DNA from: a virus
Taxonomy: Duplodnaviria; Caudoviricetes
Strand: one strand, 5' to 3'
Virus record (IMG/VR): IMGVR_UViG_3300031578_000055
Span: 1 to 50,679 of that record
Length of the DNA: 50,679 nucleotides
This document shows positions 8,590 to 17,922 of the stretch, one piece after another. Position 1 is the stretch's first letter, and every line of letters starts with the position of its first letter. The notes under the pieces are model-generated. The model worked only from the letters and a program-made list of their open reading frames with translations, was not told the origin of the DNA and searched no databases. A program made the position numbers and the translations under genes.

Positions 8590-10028
8590 TGGGATTTTTT
8601 GAAGGGAATGAATCCTCTGGAATTGGAAGTGTACCTAAATCTGGAAATGTTGTTTATGTGAATGAAGAAAAAGATTTTGGAACTGTAACGGCTGGTGTAA
8701 AAATAGATACTATTCCAGATACGACTTTTGTTTTAAACTCTCCTGTAGTTCAGACCCTACCTTTTGTTGTACCAACAGGATCTTGTTTTCAACTGCTAAC
8801 AACAAATAGAGTATTAAATACATTGACATATACAAATGCTGTTGATGCTCAATTTCAAGGGATTAATAGCTGTGTTATTATATTTGATGTAGTTTTAAAT
8901 GGTAACACTACAGGAACGTTATTTGATTTAACAGGTGGATATATATCATTAAAATTCCCTGATTTTAATAGATATGATAATATAGGAACATTAGATTCCT
9001 TAGAATCTATTTATTGTCCCGGTGTTTTATTTGATGTTATTGCTGGAGGAGTTAATTTAATCGATTGCGTTTCTAGCACTTTCACTGGATGTTTTATAAT
9101 ATCTTTAGACGGCAATACGTTCTCTTTTTTTAATATTTCTGGTGCTTCATCAGGTGATATTCAGATTTCTACAGCAATTTGTGATAATGACGAGTTTTCA
9201 TCTTTTGTTTATGTTGATCCAGCAACATATCCGAATGATCACACTGTCAGTATAACCGCTTGTAATATTACAATAGCAGATAATTTCTTTGGTGCAGGAT
9301 CGATAATAGAAACTGATATAAGAATGATTTTAGCAGCAAATAAGGGCAATCAGGACAGTGTAGTTTCAGCAGGTGCTTTTTTAGTAAGCAATGCACTTGT
9401 AACAGACATTCCAGCAGTAAATTCTTTTGTAATCATAAATGGTACTACATGGACAGGTGATGCAGAGAGCAGAATTCTTGTTAATAGTGATGGAGTTTCG
9501 GATTATTTGGATCTAAGAAAAACATCTTTAACACTTGATGGTGATGCTTCAATGGAGCCGACATTGGCGACTAAGGATTTAACCACCAGATTTGCTCAAA
9601 TAGATCCTGAAAGATTTACAGTTACATTTACAAATGCAACTAATTTAATAAATGAGGCAGGGACTGCACTATCTAATAACGATACTATAATGTTTAAAGA
9701 TACCGTCGGAACTTTGCCCACTGGTTTACGTGCCGATGTTATGTATTTTGTTATTAATAAATTAACTAATTCTTTTCAAGTTTCTTATACATTAGGAGGT
9801 GCAGCGGTTGCATTTACAACAGATGGGACACCAGTTAATTCATATGGACTAACAAGTTTTCACGGAAGTTCTCCTCAGAATGTTATTGCTGCAAATGCAG
9901 CAAGAAGCCTGACCCCTCAAGCTTTAAAATGTGCATGTCCTGGAAGTAAAATATTTTTAATGGTATCAAACAAAACTGATGATGTTAATATTTTAGTCAA
10001 CGAAGCATATTATAGAATTTTAGGATAA
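8589..10028 (+). CDS. Putative virion structural/adhesion protein
   Basis: Thr/Asn/Gly-rich beta composition; GTLPTGL...YFVINKLTNSFQVS domain typical of virion appendages. Confidence 0.55.
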   Translation: MGFFEGNESSGIGSVPKSGNVVYVNEEKDFGTVTAGVKIDTIPDTTFVLNSPVVQTLPFVVPTGSCFQLLTTNRVLNTLTYTNAVDAQFQGINSCVIIFDVVLNGNTTGTLFDLTGGYISLKFPDFNRYDNIGTLDSLESIYCPGVLFDVIAGGVNLIDCVSSTFTGCFIISLDGNTFSFFNISGASSGDIQISTAICDNDEFSSFVYVDPATYPNDHTVSITACNITIADNFFGAGSIIETDIRMILAANKGNQDSVVSAGAFLVSNALVTDIPAVNSFVIINGTTWTGDAESRILVNSDGVSDYLDLRKTSLTLDGDASMEPTLATKDLTTRFAQIDPERFTVTFTNATNLINEAGTALSNNDTIMFKDTVGTLPTGLRADVMYFVINKLTNSFQVSYTLGGAAVAFTTDGTPVNSYGLTSFHGSSPQNVIAANAARSLTPQALKCACPGSKIFLMVSNKTDDVNILVNEAYYRILG

Positions 10029-10051
10029 TAAAAATAAAAATAGGAGCGAAT

Positions 10052-10378
10052 ATGAAAAAATTAATGAGTTATATATCAATATTGATATTATCTAAGAATC
10101 TTGCAAAAGCTTTTTACAAAGGTATTAAAAAAGTTTTATTACGAGAAAACAACGAGGCTGGTTATTTGTCTCAGGATCAGTTTGATTCTTGTCTATCAAG
10201 AGCAAAAGCAATTATTTTGGAGGCTATTTCTGGACCAATGCATATGCTTGCCCTTGCTATAGCTGTTCATAGAGAAAAGTTTCACAAAGAAAGCCATTTA
10301 AAAGAAAAGATCGAAATAAGTAGGCAAATGTCTAAAACTGATGTTAAAATAGCATCAAGGGGATGGTGGTACAGCTGA
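10052..10378 (+). CDS. Hypothetical protein
   Basis: AGGAG RBS, 108 aa. Confidence 0.7.
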   Translation: MKKLMSYISILILSKNLAKAFYKGIKKVLLRENNEAGYLSQDQFDSCLSRAKAIILEAISGPMHMLALAIAVHREKFHKESHLKEKIEISRQMSKTDVKIASRGWWYS

Positions 10379-10396
10379 TCTCTAAAGTGGGGGATA

Positions 10397-11104
10397 TTGA
10401 GGATCGAACAAAAACTAAGTATTCCTCTTATTATAATTTCTTTTGGGAATACAATAAATGGAGTTATAAATAAAGAATCATTATTTTATTATATTTTTTA
10501 TTCATTTATATTCGTAATTATTGCAATAATAATACAATTTATAAAATTAAAAAAATCTGAAAAAAGAGTTTCTATATTATTGCTAATAATTTCTTTAATT
10601 GCTTTATGGTTAGATGATATTAGATCTTTATTTGGATTAATGTTGTTAACATATGCTATAAGTTTATCAGGCAACGATAAAAAATATTATTTAACTTATT
10701 TAATCTTAGCTATTATAACAATTATATTAAGATTTACATTATACTCACATAGTGCTACTGGATTAATAATATATTTAGCAGGATCTACATTTATTATAAT
10801 TATTTATTATCATTATATTTTTCCGAAATTATCTAAAAAAATAAAAAATATTCCATACGATTCTATATTTTATGGAATAGATAAAGACACTATTGATATT
10901 TTAAATTTATCAGCACATGGTTATTCTCCTCCTGAAATAAACAAATTATTAAAACGTGGTGTTACTGATGACCGTATAAAAGCAATAATTCGAGAAACAA
11001 GAAATAAATATGGATTCAAATCCCAAGATTCTTTTATTGCAACTCTCACGAAATGTGGTGTAATTACGCTGAATATTGACAACATGCGGTTTAAGGGTAG
11101 ATAA
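10397..11104 (+). CDS. Multi-pass membrane protein with C-terminal LuxR-like HTH
   Basis: About 5 hydrophobic segments then ILNLSAHGYSPPEI...IKAIIRETRNKYG. Confidence 0.65.
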   Translation: MRIEQKLSIPLIIISFGNTINGVINKESLFYYIFYSFIFVIIAIIIQFIKLKKSEKRVSILLLIISLIALWLDDIRSLFGLMLLTYAISLSGNDKKYYLTYLILAIITIILRFTLYSHSATGLIIYLAGSTFIIIIYYHYIFPKLSKKIKNIPYDSIFYGIDKDTIDILNLSAHGYSPPEINKLLKRGVTDDRIKAIIRETRNKYGFKSQDSFIATLTKCGVITLNIDNMRFKGR

Positions 11105-11141
11105 TGTCTAAAAGTGCATTATACTAAAATCGTTCGATCCT

Positions 11142-11182
11142 TCCGAGCGGATTGTACATAGTGCGTTCGCTCGGATTTTTTA
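11142..11182 (+). terminator. Intrinsic terminator
   Basis: TCCGAGCGGA...TTCGCTCGGA then T6. Confidence 0.75.
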
Positions 11183-11229
11183 ATTTAGAATAAGGGGAAG
11201 AACATGAATGAAAAACCAAGAGGCTCTTC

Positions 11230-11781
11230 ATGGATTGGTTAGAGTACGTTTTAGAATTAGTCAAACTTGAAGGAGCTATGGGAGCCATTTCCGTGTTATT
11301 AGCATCGTCTATTTTAATAATGTTTTTAATGTTTTCAAAGAGAATGGAAGGACTGACAAAAGCAATCATAATTCTTACGGATAAAGTTAGCAGCCCATAT
11401 TTAAATTCGATTTTATCTGTAAGACTATTTCGGAATGTAATGTCAAACCATATTAGTAAAAAATTAAGTTATCTTGGTAATATTCTAGATATAAATAATA
11501 TCCTTGAAAGAGAAGAACAAATAAAAAAAAATATTGGAAGAGAATTCAAAAATATTACAACGGAAGAAGCTCACATATTATCTGAATATAAAAGTGTTTG
11601 TGGAGATATGGGAAAAATTCTTGAAGACAATATAGATTGGGAAAAATTCCTAACATCTGTATATTTGATATTTTTTTCTCAAGATAAGGATCGTCAAAAA
11701 ATGATTGATATAAAAACTTTAATGAATGAAAAAGTTAATGAAATTGCAAAAATAATTGAAGATAATGGTATTCATAATTAA
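11230..11781 (+). CDS. Single-TM protein, holin/antiholin-like
   Basis: N-terminal TM helix; directly upstream of endolysin. Confidence 0.5.
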   Translation: MDWLEYVLELVKLEGAMGAISVLLASSILIMFLMFSKRMEGLTKAIIILTDKVSSPYLNSILSVRLFRNVMSNHISKKLSYLGNILDINNILEREEQIKKNIGREFKNITTEEAHILSEYKSVCGDMGKILEDNIDWEKFLTSVYLIFFSQDKDRQKMIDIKTLMNEKVNEIAKIIEDNGIHN

Positions 11782-11846
11782 ATGTTTTTACCACATTTGG
11801 GATATAACATGATATAATTTTTTAATATAAAAGGATTGAACAACCT

Positions 11847-12443
11847 ATGATTATTGAAATGAAATTTTTCGAAAGAAAAGAAAACAGAGATCTTAGACAG
11901 AAGAAAGCAATCGTCATTCATTGGCCTGGTGCGAAAACAGTAACAGAAGGATATTCTATTTTAAAAATAGATCCATTGTGGAACTGGATGAATGAATCAT
12001 CACTTAATTCCTATCATTATTTAGTATCAAAAAAAAGAATTATCCAAACCAGAGATTTAAAACTCAGAGCCATACATGCTGGTCACAGGACTTATCGGAA
12101 GAAAGCTAAAGACTACTTCGGTTATGATGTATGCTGTGATACAAACTCTCCTAACAACTATACAATCGCAATTTGTGCTTTACATGATACACATCTTGGA
12201 GGGTATGAAACCGAAACAACAGATTCTCTTGTAGATTTAGTTTCAGATCTATGTATTGAATATAATTTAAATCCTGAGACTGATTTGTGGAGACACTCAG
12301 ACATAACAAATGAAAAGTCAATCCCTTGTCCCCGTGGATTTTTTGATGATGATGATGATCCAGATGATTTATGGAATGCTTTCAAATGTTGGGTTGGAAA
12401 TGCTATAACATTGAAATATGAGAAGATGAAAATAGGGGAATAA
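11847..12443 (+). CDS. Endolysin, N-acetylmuramoyl-L-alanine amidase (Amidase_2-like)
   Basis: IVIHW, SYHYLV, AIHAG, RHSDI...CP zinc-amidase motifs. Confidence 0.9.
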   Translation: MIIEMKFFERKENRDLRQKKAIVIHWPGAKTVTEGYSILKIDPLWNWMNESSLNSYHYLVSKKRIIQTRDLKLRAIHAGHRTYRKKAKDYFGYDVCCDTNSPNNYTIAICALHDTHLGGYETETTDSLVDLVSDLCIEYNLNPETDLWRHSDITNEKSIPCPRGFFDDDDDPDDLWNAFKCWVGNAITLKYEKMKIGE

Positions 12444-12452
12444 GGAGAAACT

Positions 12453-12671
12453 ATGGAATCTACAAATTCGGTGCCTTGGTATAAAAGTACTAAAAAAACT
12501 TTAGGAGTTATTTTCGCAGGAGCTGTTTTGCTTGGTGGGATATATGCTATTTATAAAGATTCTACTCAAACAAATGACGTTTTAGGGATTTGGGCTTTAT
12601 TCTCAGGGTCGTGTTTAGGAATAAAAGCAATCGGAGGAGCTATCCAGAGCCGAAACGGGACTAATCAATGA
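12453..12671 (+). CDS. Holin
   Basis: 72 aa, two TM segments, PWYKS N-terminus; follows endolysin. Confidence 0.7.
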   Translation: MESTNSVPWYKSTKKTLGVIFAGAVLLGGIYAIYKDSTQTNDVLGIWALFSGSCLGIKAIGGAIQSRNGTNQ

Positions 12672-12946
12672 GCCTAAAATTAATAATAACAATAATATCA
12701 ATTGTTTTTTGTAGTGGAATTGTTGCTTTTATTAAATATAAATATAATAAATATAATGCTGCTATGTCAGTTTTAAAGAAAGTCGACAAGCAAATGAAAG
12801 TCAAAAAAGAAATTAAAAAGGAGCATAATAATGTTGATAAAAAAACAGAAGAAATTAAAGAAAATATTAATACTGTTGATAATGATAAGCTTTCTTCTTC
12901 TTATGCTGACAAACTGCGAGACCGTCCCCGTAATAATAGAGGATGA
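12668..12946 (+). CDS. Inner-membrane spanin (Rz-like)
   Basis: N-terminal TM plus coiled coil; overlapped by a lipoprotein gene. Confidence 0.65.
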   Translation: MSLKLIITIISIVFCSGIVAFIKYKYNKYNAAMSVLKKVDKQMKVKKEIKKEHNNVDKKTEEIKENINTVDNDKLSSSYADKLRDRPRNNRG

Positions 12947-13172
12947 TTATATTTCTATAAGTATTACTCCAGAGTTCCCGGAATTTTCAAAAGACAATCC
13001 TGAATTATTAAAGATTCTTGATTTTGGCTTAGACATGTATTCTGTAAGATTAAAAGATTTAATATCTGCAGAAAAAACCGGATTATTTATTTCTTCTGAA
13101 ATAGAAAATGAAATAAAATTCTGCATGGAAAATATAGAATGGATTGGAGGAATAATTGAAATATCTCAGTGA
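12831..13172 (+). CDS. Outer-membrane spanin lipoprotein (Rz1-like)
   Basis: AAGGAG RBS inside previous gene; basic N-region, hydrophobic core, LMLTN-C lipobox-like site. Confidence 0.65.
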   Translation: MLIKKQKKLKKILILLIMISFLLLMLTNCETVPVIIEDDYISISITPEFPEFSKDNPELLKILDFGLDMYSVRLKDLISAEKTGLFISSEIENEIKFCMENIEWIGGIIEISQ

Positions 13173-13422
13173 AAAATTAAATTCTATAATTAAAGAATGT
13201 GAAATTAACGGATTCCGTGTTTTGATTGAAATAGAACCATCTTTAACAATATATTTTTGGTGTGATAAAGAAAATAAACGACATATAATAAGAATGGTTC
13301 GAAAAGTTGGATTAACTCAAAATCTAAATTGGAATCTTACAGATGAAAAAACAAAATATATAAAAGATTATGATTTAGTTTATTTAGAAAAAAATAAAGG
13401 TAAAATTATTACAAGATTTTAA
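13156..13422 (+). CDS. Hypothetical protein
   Basis: GGAGG RBS, TTG start. Confidence 0.65.
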   Translation: MKYLSEKLNSIIKECEINGFRVLIEIEPSLTIYFWCDKENKRHIIRMVRKVGLTQNLNWNLTDEKTKYIKDYDLVYLEKNKGKIITRF

Positions 13423-13436
13423 GGAGTGAGGATAAA

Positions 13437-14000
13437 ATGATAAGTAGAAGAGATGGAATATTAGATTTTGATACTAATAAACCATATAAAATAGCTATAG
13501 CTGGAGAACAACAGGAAAGGACTCAGATAATTTGCCATGACGTAACTAGTAAGACGGAGAATGCTGCACTTGATATGTTACAATTATTAACAACAGCAAT
13601 TCAAAATGTTCCACAACCAGAAACAACACCAACAAAAAAACAGTTGGATGCAGATGAACGAAAAGATAGTAAATTCTTTGATAATGAAAGTCCTTCTTTA
13701 AAAGAAATAGATGAACAAGCCCTTGCTTTACAAATGGCTGTTCAATCTAATACTGTTGTTAAAATGTCTGAAATAATGGATTTATTTTTTGACTTTGTTG
13801 ATAGTGGTGCTGTCAATTGTGCTGGAGATCTTAAGATCTATAAACCTATTTGGGAATCTATTCATAGAGATGATAAGATAAAAATAGTTTTCAGGTATTG
13901 TGCTTTTTTCGTCAATCCATTGATGCAGCTGGTAGCTATGGCCTCATCAATGGAGAACCAGGACTCAAAAAAAGCAACAAAAGAATTACAGACGCCGTAA
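13437..14000 (+). CDS. Tail assembly chaperone (G)
   Basis: Upstream of tape measure; slippery A AAA AAA at 13967-13973. Confidence 0.75.
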   Translation: MISRRDGILDFDTNKPYKIAIAGEQQERTQIICHDVTSKTENAALDMLQLLTTAIQNVPQPETTPTKKQLDADERKDSKFFDNESPSLKEIDEQALALQMAVQSNTVVKMSEIMDLFFDFVDSGAVNCAGDLKIYKPIWESIHRDDKIKIVFRYCAFFVNPLMQLVAMASSMENQDSKKATKELQTP

Positions 14001-14116
14001 GAATTACGATTAATACAAAAGGAGGAATCAGCTTTAATGAGGCTGAAGATATGCCTCTTTTTAAGAAACAAATCATTATTGAGGAACTTATTAAAATAAA
14101 TAAAGAAATGAAATAG
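13967..14116 (+). CDS. Tail assembly chaperone frameshift extension (GT, -1 frame)
   Basis: Open -1 frame reading SNKRITDAVRITINTKGGISFNEAEDMP...; no own RBS. Confidence 0.7.
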   Translation, partial: KKSNKRITDAVRITINTKGGISFNEAEDMPLFKKQIIIEELIKINKEMK

Positions 14117-14122
14117 TAAAAT

Positions 14123-14188
14123 GGGAGAGCTAGGCCACGGATAAATGACAAATAGTTATTTGTAAAGGTTCAATTCCTTTCTCTTCCA
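14123..14188 (+). ncRNA. tRNA-like element lacking a D-arm
   Basis: Acceptor GGGAGAG/CTCTTCC+A, T-arm AAAGG-TTCAATT-CCTTT, central 9-bp hairpin. Confidence 0.55.
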
Positions 14189-14190
14189 AT

Positions 14191-14219
14191 AAGATCCTTA
14201 AATATAAGGGTCTTTTTTT
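14191..14219 (+). terminator. Intrinsic terminator
   Basis: AAGATCCTTA-AATA-TAAGGGTCTT then T-run, between convergent genes. Confidence 0.75.
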
Positions 14220-14224
14220 ATGAC

Positions 14225-14542
14225 TTAAACAAGATCGTATAATTCAAAAAATTCCTTTGCTTTTTTATAGCTATGAAAATATAAATGGGTACCTCTAGTA
14301 ATTCCATAATAATTGTCTGTAAAATTTTTTACGTGTTTTCCCTCTTCTGTTATTGCGTTTTTAAAGATAAGATATTCATATAAAAGTCGAACTCTTTTTG
14401 TTGATTGGGAGGTAGGCCTACGCTCCCCATTTTCAAATCTTTTTAGTTTCATATATCCTTCTTTATTAATTTTTCCAAAAGCTTTCATAAAAGCTATTGT
14501 TTTGTCTTCTTCTTTTTTAAATAAATCATCTAAAGCACTCAT
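14225..14542 (-). CDS. Hypothetical protein (moron-like; possible HTH)
   Basis: ATG 14542 after GAGGAG; own promoter TTGACA-17-TAATAT at 14565-14593; LKRFENGERRP motif. Confidence 0.7.
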   Translation of the reverse strand: MSALDDLFKKEEDKTIAFMKAFGKINKEGYMKLKRFENGERRPTSQSTKRVRLLYEYLIFKNAITEEGKHVKNFTDNYYGITRGTHLYFHSYKKAKEFFELYDLV

Positions 14543-14674
14543 AGTAGATCTCCTCTCTATAATCATATTATACTATCATACAACACTTGTCAATAATTAT
14601 GATACATTTTCTCTGCTCTTTTTTTTATGGCTTAAACAATGTACAATTAGATATAACTTAACGAGGGTATTAAT

Positions 14675-16615
14675 ATGGGCTATTCAATAGATTATATTTA
14701 TAGAATTTCAGATCGCTTTTCTTCTGTAATGGAAAGAATGAGAACTTCAGCAACGAGATTTGATACTGGAGTAACCAGGATGCAAACAGGATTAAGGAAT
14801 TTACAAGGTAGATTCCAAGCAACTGGTGCAAAATTAGCAAATCTCCAGACCGGATTAGCTGCTCTTGGCGCAGGTGCATTTCTAAAAAGTGCTCTCGATG
14901 AAGCTATAAAATTTGGAGATGGGATTGCAAGAATAGGAACTTTAATCCCTGGACAAAAAGAAAGGCTTACTTCTTTAAAGATGACAATTTCGGATCTTGC
15001 AGTATCTATGGGTAAAGATGTTAATGATATAGCCGGAGGTGCTTTTGATGTAATTTCAGCATTCGGAGATATGGAAGGAGAGACAGAAAAAAGACTTAAG
15101 GCAGTAGCACAAGCTGCCGTCGCTGGAGGAGCGACCACATCTGAAGCTTTATCGTTATTATCTGCTGTAACTAAATCATATGGAGACACATCTGGAGAAG
15201 CCTTACAAAAGGCCTCCGACCTAGCATTTATGACAAATGTTTTAGGTCAAACTACCTTTCCTGAAATGGCTGCCGCTATGGGTAAAGTTCTCCCATTAAC
15301 CGCACAGTTAGGAGTAAGCCAGGAGGAAGTTTTTGCCTCTATGGCAACATTAACTGGAGTGACAGGGAATACGGCCGAAGTATCAACTCAATTATCAGCC
15401 GTTATGTCTGCACTAATAAAGCCAACAGCAATAATGGATGATACCCTAAAAAGACTTGGGTACTCTTCCGCCTCAGCAATGTTAAAAGAAAAGGGGTTAG
15501 CTGGTTCTCTGGGGATTTTAGCCAAGGTAACAAATGGCTCAGAAAAAGCAGTAGGGCAACTCTTTGGATCAAAAGAGGCCATGACTGCTTTTTTTGCATT
15601 AAGTGGAGCACAGGCAGACAAATTCAAAGAATCTCTAATAGCAATGTCTGATGCGGCAGCCTCAAAAGGGAAGGTTACCCAAGATGCTTTAAACGAAATG
15701 ATGGATGCTCCGGGATACAAATTAAGTATAATGACCTCAAAATTTCAAAAATTAAAAATTATGATGGGTGATATTATTGCGCAATCAATAACTCCTTTAA
15801 TAGAACGCTTTGGATCTTTTATGGGGAAACTTATTCAAACAAATCCAGAAATAATAAAAATGGCAACATACTTTTTGATGGGAATAACCGCTATAGGTGC
15901 AATTTTAATTCCTCTTGGTTTAATTATTTCAACGATAGGAACTTTAATAGGTGTTATTGCTCCGCTTCTTGGATTATTAAAATTATGGACATTAGGACAA
16001 TTAACTTTAAATGCTGTCATGAGTGCAAACCCTATTGGATTGGTTATTATCGGAATAGCTGCATTGATTGCCATAACAATAATTGTGATAAAATATTGGG
16101 ATCAAATAGTGGCTGCTTTAAAATCTGCTTGGAAATGGATGGTCGATGTTTATGATGCCGTGAAAGGTTTAGCTTTTATTTATGGTGGTCCTTTAGGAAT
16201 GGCATTGATATTTATAATAGAAACTATAAGATCTGTTATTAATAATTTTGCTGAAATAAAAGCAGCATTCACAGACCAGGGATTTTATGCCGGGATAACT
16301 TCATTATCAAAAGCTATTTTTATCGGATTGATAGAACCGTTTACTGCAGTATATGATTTGATTATGAATATTAAAGATAAAATTGTTGGTGTAGTTTCCG
16401 GAGTTAAAGATTTCTTTACCGGTGCTGGTAGTGAAGCATCAAGTCCATATGCATCAAGACAAACATCTGCTCCTGTTTCTGGAAGATCAAGAGGAATGGA
16501 GTCAACAGCTAATGCATCGGTCTCAGTCTATGCAGCAAAAGGTCTTGAAGTTAAACCGTTTGAAGCCAGTGGTGATTTAGGTTATAATATGACTGGAACA
16601 TCGAGGAGAAGATAA
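14675..16615 (+). CDS. Tail tape measure protein
   Basis: 646 aa Ala/Gly-rich; TP901-type core, ANPIGLVIIGIAALIA motif. Confidence 0.95.
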   Translation: MGYSIDYIYRISDRFSSVMERMRTSATRFDTGVTRMQTGLRNLQGRFQATGAKLANLQTGLAALGAGAFLKSALDEAIKFGDGIARIGTLIPGQKERLTSLKMTISDLAVSMGKDVNDIAGGAFDVISAFGDMEGETEKRLKAVAQAAVAGGATTSEALSLLSAVTKSYGDTSGEALQKASDLAFMTNVLGQTTFPEMAAAMGKVLPLTAQLGVSQEEVFASMATLTGVTGNTAEVSTQLSAVMSALIKPTAIMDDTLKRLGYSSASAMLKEKGLAGSLGILAKVTNGSEKAVGQLFGSKEAMTAFFALSGAQADKFKESLIAMSDAAASKGKVTQDALNEMMDAPGYKLSIMTSKFQKLKIMMGDIIAQSITPLIERFGSFMGKLIQTNPEIIKMATYFLMGITAIGAILIPLGLIISTIGTLIGVIAPLLGLLKLWTLGQLTLNAVMSANPIGLVIIGIAALIAITIIVIKYWDQIVAALKSAWKWMVDVYDAVKGLAFIYGGPLGMALIFIIETIRSVINNFAEIKAAFTDQGFYAGITSLSKAIFIGLIEPFTAVYDLIMNIKDKIVGVVSGVKDFFTGAGSEASSPYASRQTSAPVSGRSRGMESTANASVSVYAAKGLEVKPFEASGDLGYNMTGTSRRR

Positions 16616-17922
16616 TGTCATTTTTAGACGCTCAACTTGCAGGAAAATTTAAAGGTGTATCTTTTTTAGTTCGTAATGAAACCAGAAATGATGTAGGTCA
16701 AACAAGAATAAAACATAAATATCCTAAAACTGGTGTTCAATATATGGAACCTATGGGTCAAGAACCGTTTTCGGAAACAATAGAATTATTCTTTTCCGGG
16801 GAATCATATCTTGATGATTTTGATAGATTTGAAAAGGCTATTAAAGATCCTGCTCCGGGACGTTTATATTCTCCTACTTTTGGAATATTTAATTCTGTTG
16901 TTGCCGAACCTGCTTCTTTTAGATCTGATCAGAAATCTTTAGGGGAAATAACTGCAACTGTTAATTTTGCTGTTACGATTGATAGACCTGCTCCGACTGA
17001 ATCGGCAACTAGTCAACAGGATGTTTCTGAAAAAGCTCAAATTGCAAGAGAAAACTTACAGAATAAATTTACTGATGCTTATGTTATTCCTACTGAATTA
17101 AATAATATTGCTACGTTTGTTTCTGATGCAAAAGCACTGGCGAATAAAATAAAGAAGATAACAGGAAAATTAAAAGAAGTTAGAAGATTTTTAACAAAAA
17201 TAGACCAGGCTGTTAGAACAGTGCAGGGATATGGAGCGTTATTATTAAATCCAGGGCAACCTATTGGATTTCTGCAGTCAATTGCTCTTGAATTCACGGG
17301 AAATGCAGCTTTTACTTTATTTAAACAAATCGCAACTATTGGAAATGATTTGCCAAATGCAATGAATGATATAACATCCGGAATAAGTCCTATATTATCA
17401 TCTGTTGTTCCTGATATCCAGACAATAGGAATAGATAAAAATATAAATATTTGGAATGATGATACTGCAGAAAGAAGAGAACGAAATACAGGGAGACTTG
17501 CATCAACAAATACATTCAGATTAATAGGTTTAATTGGAATGTTTGAAAATGCTGCAAGTTCTTCTTATACGACTACTCAAGAAATTGATAATATTAGCTT
17601 AACATTAGAAAATTATTATGAAGAACTAATTGAAAATGATATTACTGATATCGTTGTTCCAGAGATGAAAGGTATTATTGATGAACTCCGAGGATTAACA
17701 GATAGAGTTCTAGCAGGAAAAAGACAACAGGCTTTTACTGTAACCACTATTGATGTATTAAGACCTACATCATCATTTTTATTAGCATATGAATTGTATG
17801 GTGAATATGTAAAAAATGAAGCACAACTCAGTTTTATGTCGGATTTAATAACCGGATTAAATAGGCAACAAGTAGCGAATAGATTACAGGGAACTGTAAC
17901 GGTGGTCGTACTTGGGCGTTGA
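16615..17922 (+). CDS. DNA circularization/tail protein (Mu gpN-like)
   Basis: FKGVSFLV...HKYP...EPMG...GRLYSPTFG N-terminal motif. Confidence 0.9.
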   Translation: MSFLDAQLAGKFKGVSFLVRNETRNDVGQTRIKHKYPKTGVQYMEPMGQEPFSETIELFFSGESYLDDFDRFEKAIKDPAPGRLYSPTFGIFNSVVAEPASFRSDQKSLGEITATVNFAVTIDRPAPTESATSQQDVSEKAQIARENLQNKFTDAYVIPTELNNIATFVSDAKALANKIKKITGKLKEVRRFLTKIDQAVRTVQGYGALLLNPGQPIGFLQSIALEFTGNAAFTLFKQIATIGNDLPNAMNDITSGISPILSSVVPDIQTIGIDKNINIWNDDTAERRERNTGRLASTNTFRLIGLIGMFENAASSSYTTTQEIDNISLTLENYYEELIENDITDIVVPEMKGIIDELRGLTDRVLAGKRQQAFTVTTIDVLRPTSSFLLAYELYGEYVKNEAQLSFMSDLITGLNRQQVANRLQGTVTVVVLGR

